Part shown: piece by piece, positions 1 to 11,992 of the stretch
Layout of the letters: each line of letters starts with the position of its first letter
How positions within the stretch are numbered: position 1 is the first letter of the stretch
NCBI GenBank assembly: GCA_013265495.1
Contig: MU058824.1
Span: forward strand, 2,631,111-2,695,110
Length of the DNA stretch: 64,000 nt
Direction of reading: 5' to 3'
Source of the DNA: Vicugna vicugna
Taxonomy: Eukaryota
Program-made: the position numbers and the translations under genes
The notes under the pieces: generated by a model
What the model saw: only the letters and a program-made list of their open reading frames with translations
Told to the model about the DNA's origin: nothing
Databases searched by the model: none

Positions 1-873
1 TCCAAAGAAGACATACAGATGGCCAACAGGCACATGAAAAGATGCTAATATATATGTTAATTATTAGAGAAATGCAAATCAAAACCACAATGAGGTATCA
101 CCTCACACTGGTCAGAATGGCTATCATCAAAAAGTCTACAAATAATAAATGCTGGAGAGAGTGTATAGAAAAGGGGATCCTCTTACTCTGTTGGTGGGAA
201 TATAAATTGGTGCTGCTACTATAGAGAACAGTATGCAGTTTCCTTTAAAAACTGAAAATAAAGTTACCATATGATCCAGCAATCCCACTGGCATATATCT
301 GAAAGGAACTCTAATTCGAAAAGACACATGCACCCCAGTGTTCATAGCAACACTGTATACAATAGACAAGACATGGAAGCAACCTAAATGTCCATCGAAA
401 GATAAATGGATAAAGAAGACGTGATACATATATACGATGGAATCCTATTCAGCCACAAAAACGAATGAAATAATGCCATTTTCAGCAACATGGACCTAGA
501 GATTATCATATTAAGTGAAATAAGTCAGACAGAGAAAGACAAATATTGTATGATATCACTTATATGTGGAATCTTAAAAAATGATACAAATGAATTTATT
601 TACAAAAGAGAAATAGATTCACAGACAGAAAACAAACTTATGGTTACCACAGAGGGGGAAAGAAGAAGGAATAAATTTGGAATTTGGGATTAATAGATAC
701 ATACTACAATATATAAAATAAACAACAAGGACCACAGGGAACTATATTCAATATCTTGTAATAATCTACAATGGAAAAGGATCTGAAAAAGAATAGACAT
801 ACATGTATAACTGAATCACTTTGCTGAATATCTGAAACACTGTAATTCAACTGTATTTCAGTTTTTTAAAAAA
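1..873 (+). mobile_element. LINE-1 3' end (ORF2 C-terminus remnant + 3' UTR), runs off window start
   Basis: [29 protein letters not shown]2 remnant, typical L1 3' UTR, A/T-rich end. Confidence 0.95.
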
Positions 874-2977
874 TGTCTTAAAAGATTAAAATTGAAACAC
901 CACAAGAACAAAAATGACTATTAAAGTGGGAACTACTGACAATACTATCCAGAATTACTGAAGGTTAAGACACGTCGGTATTCATTTACTGGCAATCAGC
1001 ATAAGGAGGTACAACCATTCTGAGGATTAATTTTGCAATATGTACCAAGAAACTTTCAAATACAGTGATTCCATTTCTAGGAATTCTACTAAAAAATTAT
1101 ACACTAAGGAAATAACCAGAGAGGTGTCTGAAGACATGTTATAGAATGCTAAGATTCTCACCCTTCCTTCTTGCCTCCCTTCCTCACATGTGTGTATAGC
1201 ATTTTAAACGTAATTTATGCTCACAGTAAAGCATTCAAAATGTTTACAAATGTATAAAGTAGTAACTAAAAGCCCCTTCTTCTTCCATAATTATTCATGT
1301 TTAAAACCTGTAGTTTCAAGCAAAAATATGATCAGACTAAGCTTGATTTCTTCATTTAATCAATAAAGGAAAGGAATTTCATTTACTAAAGAAAGGCAAT
1401 TTCTCACATCAGTATATACAGACCCATGGAACTCTTTTGGCCGGGTGACCCTGCCTACACAGATTCGCCCCTGGGCCTGTTACCTGCTTGGAAGGCCTGA
1501 GCCAAGACTTAGTCTGGTAGCAGCAAGAAACAGGTGAGCTCAGTGAGGGTGGGGAGCGTCACTCTCTAAATAAGGGGTCCATGGCTACAGAGACCAGTCC
1601 CCTGGGCTATGCTTCACTCCAGCAGCCACTGTGGGGAACGGATGAAGCAGGCACTGAAGCCAACCCACGTTAGAAGGCCACAGAGACACACTTCTTAGTC
1701 TCTGAGACTCATACTGCACCCTGGACCCAGGGCTGGTGGGACAGATCTGTTGAGGGGTGAACAGCACAGACAGGGCAGCAGCAGAACAGCACCCCCAAAA
1801 TGTACAAAATCCTATTTCCACTGACGATAGCTTGGAACTGTGTTTACGATGTACTGTTACGTGAAAGAAAATTATAAGGCAATATGATCCCAAATTGTGA
1901 AATGTGGTCATCTCTGGGTAGGGGGATTTGAGGTCATTCCAAATTTTAAGAATGATTTTTTTCTGAAATTAATGAGGGTAGTGAATAGACGTATTTTGTG
2001 CAGCTGCTTAGAACAGTGCTCGACACAAAGCAAGCGGCAATCAACACAGGCTGAATGAATGCAGGGGCTGCCTTTGTAACCAGGGAAAAGACTGAATGTT
2101 GTCCCAAAGCAATAAAACGCCATTCTGAAGGGAAGTTGCCATGAATCAGCATAAAGTGAAAACATGCAATATTTGTTCTATATAGAGCATTAATTACAAA
2201 TATTTCATTAATTAAAAGAGATTGAAAATAAGACGTGTGGGCAACTCCAAGCAGCGACATACAGCCAGTGCATCTAGAGCACAGATCATCTGCACTCCCA
2301 ACTTTTTCCAACACCCTCATGCTGATCGCCTGCTGGGTGTGGTGGGGTGTCTCTGTGCTCCCACAATTCTTCTACTTCCTTTGTTCCTAACATTATCACT
2401 CTATATAAGTTAAACACATGACAATAGCTTTCATTGATGACATCTCTTTACTGTGTGTCACTATGTCCAAGGAATTTTGCTAATTTGTATTACTTTATTT
2501 AATCTTTACAAGAATCTTGTGAGGTAGATTGTATCACCTCCTTTTCCAAATGAAGAACTGAAGCCCCAGGAAAGGCAGAAGAGGCTTCCTAACTTGCCCT
2601 GGAGGAGGTGAGGCTGGCAGCCAGGCTCCCCTGCATATCACCATCCTCCCAGCCCCCGCTGCTGGCTCACATGGAGCTCCTAGCGTTCACTGACCTTCTG
2701 GGCTGTGGCTGACTCATCTCTGATCCCAAGTCCAGCCCAGCACCTGGCACAGCCAGGCTCAGGACCTGTTTGCTAACTTCCACGGGAACTTCCCTTAGGA
2801 AGCTGAGGTCCTGAGGCAGCCAGTGAGCAGAAAACAACACAAAGTCCAGGACTAGTTCAGGTCCAGCTCAGGGGGCTTAGTGAGCGGGGCACTGACCACC
2901 TTGGGAGCAGCAGAAGGGAACTCAGTTTCCACTGCTGAGCGCAGTTCTCTGGGAAGGAGGCTGGGAAGGAGGAAGAG

Positions 2978-3045
2978 GTGTGTGTGGTGCGTGCACGTGT
3001 GTGTATGTCTGTGTGTGTGCGCGCATACGCACGTGTGTGTGTGCC
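2978..3045. repeat. Imperfect (TG/CG)n alternating purine-pyrimidine microsatellite
   Basis: gtgtgtgtggtgcgtgcacgtgtgtgtatgtctgtgtgtgtgcgcgcatacgcacgtgtgtgtgtg. Confidence 0.9.
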
Positions 3046-3189
3046 CATCCACGTGATGCTTCCAGCAACGCAGCAGCCGGTGTGCTGGGGTGTCTGATTC
3101 TGACCCAGCCCTGCCCCACCTTTGTGAATCCCATCAGTCCCCTAATACACAGCCTCCCCACAACCCTGCCCTGGGGTTGGAGGCAGACA

Positions 3190-4080
3190 TAATAGTGTGC
3201 TCAGGCTGAGCTTCGGACTTGACGTCACATTATCAGGAATTTTGCAACCCAGTTGTTAAACACTACTACTGGCAAAAAAAATTATGTAAGTGTATAATTT
3301 TGTAAGTCTATAATTAATATGTAAGTGTAAAATTATGTAAGTGTGTAATTAAATAAATTATGTTAAAAGGAAGGTAGTAAAGCCTCAAAACCCATCACTT
3401 CCTTATCATTTTGCTACCTTTTGCTATGATCTATGCTCTTGGGGTTATTTACATCTGTTACATCTGCCCAATGAAGATGCTACGTTATGGTGTGTGCTAC
3501 TACCGTGCCTCAGAATATTTACACCAGGGAAATAAGTGAGCACTACAAATCAGGCTTTAATTTACTGTTCCACTGATTGTCTAGAAAATTATAGACAAAA
3601 TGCTAATGAGACAGATTAAATTTAAACGTACGTTTGTAGCCATTACATTGCGAATAGCAAAAAAACAAAAAAGAGGAAATATTCTTTCAGAATTTAAAAC
3701 TCTTATCCCATTCATTCAAAAAGTAGTTTCTGGCAATTGACAAATGAGTGGAGTTCTGACTTAGCCTTACCTCCACTGTTTCACGTTTGTCTTACTCATG
3801 AACGTAAATAAAAATATCAACCAACATTCATGGCGAAACTATGCTCACTGGTCAACTGTGAGCTGGCTGGCTACATACACAAGAGTTCCACAAAAACCAG
3901 TGAAAGCATTCCGTGAGATTTAATTGGCTCTGTGGAATCTGCAAAAGTGATCATTGCATATTTTATTATTTGTAAGCTGTGTGTGATACATCTGTTCTAT
4001 CAGTACAACCATGTTAAACTTACGCACACACATGCAGACTTTTTTCAGGGAGCCAGTTATTACACACTTCCCGGCACTGG
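3190..4080. mobile_element. Ancient hAT-Tip100 (Zaphod-like) DNA transposon relic
   Basis: Ends resemble recalled Zaphod-type termini (agtgtgct...ccagttgttaaacac; gagccagttattacacacttcccggcac); AT-rich interior with a degenerate ~15-bp tandem at 3280-3365. Confidence 0.5.
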
Positions 4081-4729
4081 CAATGTGGGACGCTGGCTCT
4101 GGCATGGTCAAGAATAATGTGGATGCCTGAGTTTGGAGACCTATGTCAGTATAAACCATGCTTTAGGGGAAAGAGAAATTTAGTGGAGAGAACACAGGAT
4201 GGGGCCAGTGCCTGACTCTAACCCTCTTCAAAAGCTCTGCAAATGAGGAGGCTGGATCAGATCCGTGTTTTTAAGTTTTGTGACTATGAGTCAAAAACAC
4301 ATTATAGTCACAACCCAGTTCAGATATGTGGGTGTGCAAAACAAAAGTTTCATGAAACAATACCCTGAACATGCACAGTGATCTCCGGTATCTTTATAAT
4401 TTGATTCAATCCTATTCATCTTGTTCTCCATTCAGTTTTGTAAAATGCTGGTCATAATCACGAAATTAATTTTACAACCCACTCAAGGGTCTCAGCCAGC
4501 TATGTGTAAAAAACGACAATAACTTGACAACGAGGTGATTGCTAGGGTACAGCCTGTGCCTCCCTGAGGGTCTCTGACTCCTGACACCTGCAGTCTTTGC
4601 ACTGCAGGGTTCCTGGACACCAGGCCTTGCTCTGATGGACAGACAGCAGGTAAGGACATTTGGAAACTCTTCAGCTCAGGCCCTTATTGTCTTTCTGGAA
4701 CTGTCACACAGTCTCCTTGACCATCTCCC

Positions 4730-7238
4730 TTTATCTGTTAAAAGGATAAAGTTTCATTGGACTATTTATTGGTCTTCTCCTGATAAGAAGTTGTGAAAGG
4801 TTTTTCTTCACCTGTTAAGTAATCCATCCAGAAAGCAAAGGGTCTGTGTTTTATCAAAATAATTTCCCGTGCTTAATGTTATCTTAATCAGATCTTTGAT
4901 TATTTAAGAGAACGGAATTATTTAATTTTAAAAGAGCTAACTTTTGCTCACAACTATGTAACCATTTCTATTTGTCAGTGATCATTCTTGCAATTCCACA
5001 GAGCCAATTAAATCTCACGGAATGCTTCTATTAAAAACTTTCATTGTCACTTTGGTTAAACAGATAACTAAGTATTGTTTCCTAGTGACCTGTGATCCTT
5101 ATTTAGTCAAGTGTCTAAACCTTTTGATATTTTTGACAAACTTCCCCAAATCAAACTTTAACTAAAGTCTTCTTGACATAAAGTCACTTTGGGATTTTCC
5201 AGAGAGCCCTTGGAACATCTCAAAAGATCTTTCTCCTTAAAAACAGAGAGACAGAGGCTTATTGATATGTTAAATTATATGGGAAGCAAGTCAAATAAGA
5301 CGTAATACTAAGCTTTCTTTATGTTGTATTCATATAGGTATATAAGCATTCCAGAAATTGCATAAATTCCTAAAATTCTGATGTCTGGTATAATCAGTTG
5401 TAATTCTAATTATATAATTCTTAAAATGTCTGTTACAGAAATAACCAAATTTCTTTGTCAACTGCATTATAATGAACCTTAATCAGATCTTTAACCATGG
5501 CCATTTTAAGTCTTTTGTCATTCACAGAAGATACGGTTTTACTCTGATGTTTTTGCAAAAGTGTTTAGCAAGTGCGCTTCATATTCAAGGAGATTCATGG
5601 AAAGGACTCTGGCAAGCACAGGCTTCTGATAACTTTAAGATCATAAAACTGAACTGGGTAAGAATTTCCAGAACTGATGGAAAAACTGGATTCAAGCAGA
5701 ACAAGAATTAGTAACAGACTGGATGAACTGATGGGGATGATGATAATTTTTATGACTTCTTGTCTGAAACATTGCTGGTTCTTTAATGTTTTATTTTTTC
5801 AGGTTAATTTCTTTAATGTTAATATTAAGGAAACTTTCCTCTTAAGCTACCTAGGAGTTAGAGCAATTTGGCAAAGTATACCTTTGTGAATAAAGATGAA
5901 ATAGTTACTTTTTCTCCTGACCTGATCCCTCCAGAATTTTGAAGCTTAGTGAATGTTCTTTATGGCATTGTATTTATTTACATAAGTTAATAAGAATCTG
6001 TTCTCCTTGTAACAGGATACAGTTGGAAACATTGATTATATTATCAAAGCTTTGGCTGGAATGTCAGATTTGAGACAATGCATAGAATCAATATGATAAG
6101 ACAACTTCAAGTAACTAAGGTTGACTTTATAGAGACAATAGAGTCCCTTGGAAAAACAGCCTGGTACCTTGCTTATAGGATTCCTGACAGCCTTACCAGG
6201 TGAGAAAGGAAGGTCACTTCCTGGCAGGTACAGGAGCCTCAGGATATTTGGGGGACCTCAAGAAGAGAGGAATTAACTTAAATCTCTAAGTATTACAGGC
6301 AAAATGTGATGGAAAGTCTTTGGCTTGGCTTCCTGGGCTCAAGACGCTTTTAAAAGTTCAATCTGTGATTCCTTATGAAAAGTTCCAGTAAAGAAGATTT
6401 AAAAGAGCCTATAACGTCGATTGCTATTCTTGTTAAACTTATGTAAATAATTGGGTCAAGTTCATTGAAACTAGACTATTTTGTGAACAGACTAGTCTTC
6501 TTTTGGCTATCTTTGATAGAAATGGGGTGATTTTAAAAAAATTATGTTTCAGTAGAAACTATAATACACACTTCTAGATATTAGATTCTAGTTCTGTTAA
6601 TTGTCTTCAACGTTTCGTTTTTTCACCTGTAAACTGGACTGCTTCCTGAGTTTCAGTTTCCTCAAGTATCTGGCTATAAATCTCCAAACTAATGTTTCCC
6701 ATTTTCTGCCACCTTTTTGACTTGGAATCACTAAGAACAAAAGCTGCTGCCCTTCTCCCCGAAACCCTGCAAACTGAATGTGAATGGCTTGATGTAAACT
6801 TCAGAGAAGTCATCACACCAGCTCTCACTGAGACAATAGTTGTGCCTGTTGCTGTGTGGGCCACTCAGAAAGTGTACCTGAACACCTGATGACATCATCA
6901 GAGACATTCACTCTGCAAAAGATGTTTTTGACCCTAACACTTAGAAATTTTCTTGACCAGCTGCCTTCTGGGCTCATACACTGCTTAAGAGTCTGCTCCA
7001 ACCATTAAGCTTTGGTGTTCTGTCTCCATAGAAATGCCTCTTATGAAATACCTGATTGCCTGCACCACACAGGCCTACCTGTGAGACCACCCGCCTGTGA
7101 GACCACCTCCTGAAACAAGACACAGCTCTTTAACTGAACCAACCGAGTCTCAGTACTGAGGCAGGTTCAGTGAGACGCAGCAAGTTGTCAGCTCAGCTTC
7201 TGGACTGTGAAACTGTTTGAGACGCTTCAAAGGTGGGA
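4730..7238 (+). mobile_element. Degenerate ERV1-type (MER4/MER34-group) internal region, 5'-truncated, non-coding
   Basis: AT-rich ERV-internal-like sequence ending in a purine tract (AAAGGTGGGA) immediately before the LTR's TG; no retroviral ORF. Confidence 0.65.
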
Positions 7239-7806
7239 TGAAGGAGGGCAGAATCTGTTACCCTAAGATGCACCTCTTCAGCATAAGGATTATTTTAAGA
7301 TGGTTGTTTTTAAGAAACTGTAGGCAGAGGAGAAGCTTTGAAAATTGAGCAGAAGTTCCCCTTTTGTAGGAGACATTTACAGGTACAGGGGAAATCTCCA
7401 CTTGTAAATCTACATTTGGGATCTTCTTTACTGTACCAGAAATGGTAGATAAGGTAGACAAGGTAAAATGACCCCATCTCTAGAAACTCTTACCGATGCA
7501 GAAAACAATGACTTAAATCTGCATAACGACCTTACCTTTGTTTACTGTACTTTTCCTGTAACCTCCCATAACTGACTCCCCACCCCCAACATCTTCTTTT
7601 GTCTTTAGCTGAAGGTGCTATTTAAGGTGACAGCTTCAGCCATTTGGGGGGGCTACTCAGTTTTCCTGGGTACCTCCCATGTACACAGGAGGTGTACATG
7701 TTATTAAACTTCTGTTTGTTTTTCTCCTGCTAATCTTTTTATCACAGGGGTGTTTCAGTCAAGAACCTAGAAGGGTAGAGGCAAAATTATTTTTCTACCC
7801 CCAACA
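7239..7806 (+). mobile_element. 3' LTR, MER34-like
   Basis: TG...CA termini; tgaaggag..cagaat..cataaggattatttt start; TATTTAA near 7619; ATTAAA 7703-7708. Confidence 0.75.
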
Positions 7807-8277
7807 AAAACATCTATCGAAAGTCTAAACAGATAACACTAGGACACCAGAAAGTGATGGCTCTATTTTGGAGTAGCCTTTTCAGCTCTGGGATCATTTA
7901 AGATGAAGTGTTCAAGTTTAAATCTTTGAGTAACACTGACATCTGGACACCCTCAAAGTCCTTTCACATTCTCCTCTCGTATTTACAAAGCTGTGGGTTA
8001 GGTAGGACAGGGGTTATTACATCTGATTAACAGATGAGGAAACTGAGGCTTTAAGATTTGCTAGAAACTACAGGGTCAGGTTTCAAACCCAGGTCCTCTA
8101 ACACCATGTCTGAGTCCTACCCACTCCACTTCAAACTGAAGACGAACAGAAATCTTTTCAGTGACTCGGGAGCCTATCCATAGTTCCTGCCTCTGTGTCA
8201 GCTGCCCACAAATTAGCTAAACTATGCTTTCCTCCCAATTTCACGAATCACCAACAGTAAAGGAGATAGTTGCCAGG

Positions 8278-8893
8278 TTTCTCAGAAAACTAAAAACAGA
8301 ACTACCATATGACCCAGCAATTCCACTCCTGGGTATGTATCTGAAAAAAACAAATACAGTAACTCAAAAAGATACATGCACCCCAATATTCATAGCAGTG
8401 TTACAATTGCCAAGATAAGGAAGCAACCTAAGGGTCCATCAACAGATGATCGGATAATGAATGTATGGACTGGAACTAAGCCACAAAAAAGAACGAAATT
8501 TTACCACTTACAACAACATAGATGGACTTGGAGGGTGTTACGCTAAGTGAAACAAGTTAGACAGAGAAAGTCAAACACTTATATGTGGAATCTAAAAATA
8601 CAGAAAATTAGTGAATCTAACAAAAAGGAAGCAGACTCACAGACATAGAGAACAAACTAGTGGTTACCAGTGGGGAGAGGGAAGGGGCAAGACAGGGGTA
8701 GGGAAGTAAGAGGTACAAACTATTAGGCGTAAAATAAGCCACAAGGACAGGAAATGCAGCCAATATTCTATAATAACTATAAATGGAGTGTAACCTTTAA
8801 AAATTTTGAATCACTACATTGTACACCTATAACTAGTACATCAACTATACTTCAATTAAAATTGTTTTTAATTTTTAAAAATTAAAAAAAAAT
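8278..8893 (+). mobile_element. 5'-truncated LINE-1 3' end
   Basis: [19 protein letters not shown]2 remnant, 3' UTR, A tail; possible decayed TSD 8261-8277 vs 8894-8910 (13/17 identical). Confidence 0.92.
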
Positions 8894-8959
8894 AGAAGAC
8901 AGCTGGCAGGAACACGTGGTTGTCCAGCACAACTTGTCTTAAGCCTGACTCTGACTCAC

Positions 8960-8979
8960 CTTGCGTTTGGGAAAAGCAT
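8960..8979 (-). CDS. Candidate first coding segment (MLFPNA-R/S, phase-2 donor) of a minus-strand gene, possibly STRA6-like/RBPR2; full exon 8960-9115
   Basis: Minus strand: T-run + AG acceptor (9117-9116), GCAAG-ATG at 8979 with A at -3, consensus donor AAG|GTGAGT at 8960/8959. Identity rests on recalled mouse synteny (Aldh1b1-Igfbpl1-Stra6l) and a recalled MLAASTR N-terminus. Confidence 0.45.
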
Positions 8980-11584
8980 CTTGCTGGAAAAGCACGCGCT
9001 GCCTGCAGCCCCGGTGGGCAGTCTGCTTCTCTGGATTGTTCTTTGGGCTTCTCTGGCCTCTTGGTGATGACTGCTTCTGATATTCTGATGTTCTGGCCAG
9101 TTCTCTTCACAGCACCTAAAAAAAAACTCAGGGAGAAGGCAAACATCCAGTCAAATATTTACCAGAGAAAAGACAGCAAGCGGGTGGCTTTCTTCCTTGT
9201 TTGGGAACACTGCTGGCTATTCTGCTCTCCCGCCCTTCTCCGGCTTCCTCACGCAGAAGCAGGAGCTGCCCCCCTCCCTCCCCCCTCCGGGACCCCTGCT
9301 GTCTCCTCCAGCCCCAGCTGGCTGTGGCCCCTGGCTCCTTGAGCCACTGGAGCTCCGCCCAGCAGTCAAGGCCCCTTCAGCTAGCTGTAAAAATGATTAC
9401 AGGCAATAAAGTAGGACTCTGCCTCAAGGCAATAAATTAGGAAACCAGGACCACTGGCTTCAGGTGTCTCCTCGGAAACAAGGCCATTAGCAGGGAGAAG
9501 GGGCTGGAGACAAGTTCAAAACCGAACCCCACCCACGTGGCAGAGCTGGCTAGCTGTCCACCAGGAATTCCTGCTCCCTGGTCATAAAGTGAGGCTGATG
9601 CTGGCAAGGGTCTGCCCAGCCAGGGACCGTGCTCCCCAGCCCAGCAGGAAGTCTCAGAACAAAAAAACGGGACCAAAGCTCACCAATGGAATGTGAGCAG
9701 AGGTGACGTGAATTACTTCCGGGCCAAGACAGTTAAGACGCAAGTGTGTCTTTTCTGGCTTCTTTTTCCCCACCTACTGGTTTAGGACTCAAAGGCCCTA
9801 AAGGAAATGGGATGGAAGAAACCTGGGTCTCTGAGCCACCACGTAGAGGAAGCTGTCCTCTACACCAACTGTTCGTGAACAAGAAACAAAGGTCTATTGT
9901 GATAAGCCAGCGATGTGCCAGCTTATTTGCTGTAGCCACTACAGTGTTGCCCTGGCTAACGCAGCACAGAATGTGGAGGAATTGTAAGCATCAGGGTCCA
10001 AGTCCTTAATTTTAAGGATAAGAAGATAGAGGTTTAAGGAAGGGAAGTGTACTAACAGGACTGGCCAAGCCTCAGAGCTGTGCCAAGGGCATGAGCATCC
10101 ATGCTGGCACCACGTGACTCTGCCCCCGAGCACAGCTGACCGGATAGAGGCTGACTGCCTGACCCAAGAGCAGACAGCCACACACCACACTGATCTGTCA
10201 CCTGGGATGGACACTGCCCCACAGGCCATCCCTTTCCGGAGTCTGACCTCGAGACATAGAACAAGAGCTGAGCATGCGTCAGGGGGACCAAGAACCAAGT
10301 AACACCCATAGAGATGCAGGAACCTAAGGAATCATCAAGTCCTGATCAGGGCAGAGCATGCCTCTTGCTGCTGAGAAGGTGTTAAGATTTCCCAGTTACC
10401 AGAATGGCCCATGGAGTCTAAATGGCCACCCTGTTTCCAAATGATCTTCCAGGGCCAAATGGGAATGGGACCCCAGGTGTCCTTGTCCGTCAATTCCCTG
10501 CATCCATCAGCTCCCAGGCCAGCTCATGGCACCACCACACTCTCATCGCCCATGAGTTGTCAGTGGCTCCTCCCCTCCTCTCACTGCGTTCACTCTGTCT
10601 CTGGGTAGTTCTTACCTAACCCTTCATCTGTGTGTCAGAGGTTTTGTTCCTCTTTACCCTTGTGCCAGCTTGGAGCTGCTGTTAAGAATGGTGAAGCCAC
10701 AACATGGAAAGAGCCTGGGTCCCTGAATCAACACTTGAGGAGACTAGGAATAGCCATTTAAGAGCTTACATAAATAAGGAACAAACTTCTATTATATTAG
10801 GGCCATTATACGCTTCGGGGTTTGTTTGTTAACAGCAGCTAGTTCTTATTCTATCAATACAACATCCTTTCCATCCACAGGGCTCCTGCCCCAGCTCCAG
10901 CCCTCACCACCTCCTGCCTGGACCATCACAAGGGCTCTCTAATGGCCTTTCAGCCTCCAGTGTCCACGCTCAGTGCAGAGATGCATCTCCCTAAAACACA
11001 GCTCAGACCTGCCGACCATCCTCCTGTGGTCTGCACTCCCAACTCTGGCTTTCCAAACCCTCCAAGAAGTGGCTTCGACCCTCTTTTCCAGCCTCATCTC
11101 CAGTGGTTTCCTGCACATCTATATTCTTTTCAAAGTTGCTAAACATGGCCTTTCATGCTACTCCGGCTCTTTACAGAGCAAGGAACAGAGATCCACTCAA
11201 GTTGCCTTGAGTTAAAGGGGTTTCCTACTACTCCCCAGCAAGGGCTGGGGCCCAGCCTGGGAAGGTTCTGGAAACTGAGACCGCTCTTGGGAAAGGTCCC
11301 TCCCCATCCCCATGGCCAAGGGATCTCTCTCATCTTTCTCTTTTTTGGCCTTTTTCTTCAATCTTTCCTCTCTCTGGCTCAGCCCCTTTGCTTCCTTAGG
11401 GTTTCTGCTCTCTCAGGGCTTCAACTCACCACCCTCCTGACCCTAGCTCATGGTATCCTTTCTTGCTCTCTCCTAGGGCTCCCCCAGTCCTAATGCTGAG
11501 ACAAGAGACCTGCCCAGTTCATCTTCCCCCAGGTGGGTCTCAGCCAGTCCACGCCTTCCTGTCTTTGGCTCAGTCATACACCCT

Positions 11585-11992
11585 TGCATCAGCTTGCTGG
11601 GGCTGCTGGAACAAAGTACCACAAACTGGGTGCTGAACCAGAACTTCATCTTCTCACAGTTCTGGAAGCTAGAAGCCCAAGATCAAGGTGTCCATAGGTA
11701 TGGTGTCTCCTGAGGCCTCTCTCCTTGGCGTGCAGACAGCTGCCCTCCCACTGTGTCCTCACAAGGCCCTTGCTCTGTGCGCGGGCATCCTGGTGTCTCT
11801 CTCTCTCTCTGTGTCCTAATCTCCTCTTCTTATGAGGACACCAGTCAAACTGGATTAGGGCCCACCCTAATGGCCTCACTGTAATTTAACTACCTCTTAA
11901 AGGCCCCGCCTCCAAATAAAGTCACATTCTAAGGTATTGGGGGTTAGGGCCTCAACCTATAAATTGGGGGGGACACAATTCAATCCATAACA
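11585..11992 (-). mobile_element. MaLR solo LTR (MLT1A/B-like)
   Basis: gggctgct..acaaagtaccacaaactgggtg...cacagttctgga...aattcaatccataaca; near-TSD ACCCT/CCCCT. Confidence 0.85.

Noticed and set aside
2897..2950. Minus-strand exon-like segment (cttcccAG...GTG|GTCAGT) as a possible next exon of the candidate gene
   Set aside because: Translation (RELRSAVETEFPSAAPKV) shows no similarity to the STRA6L sequence I recall; splice-like signals alone are insufficient.
7078..7107. Tandem duplication of CCTGTGAGACCACC
   Set aside because: Ordinary slippage duplication within a decayed ERV internal region.
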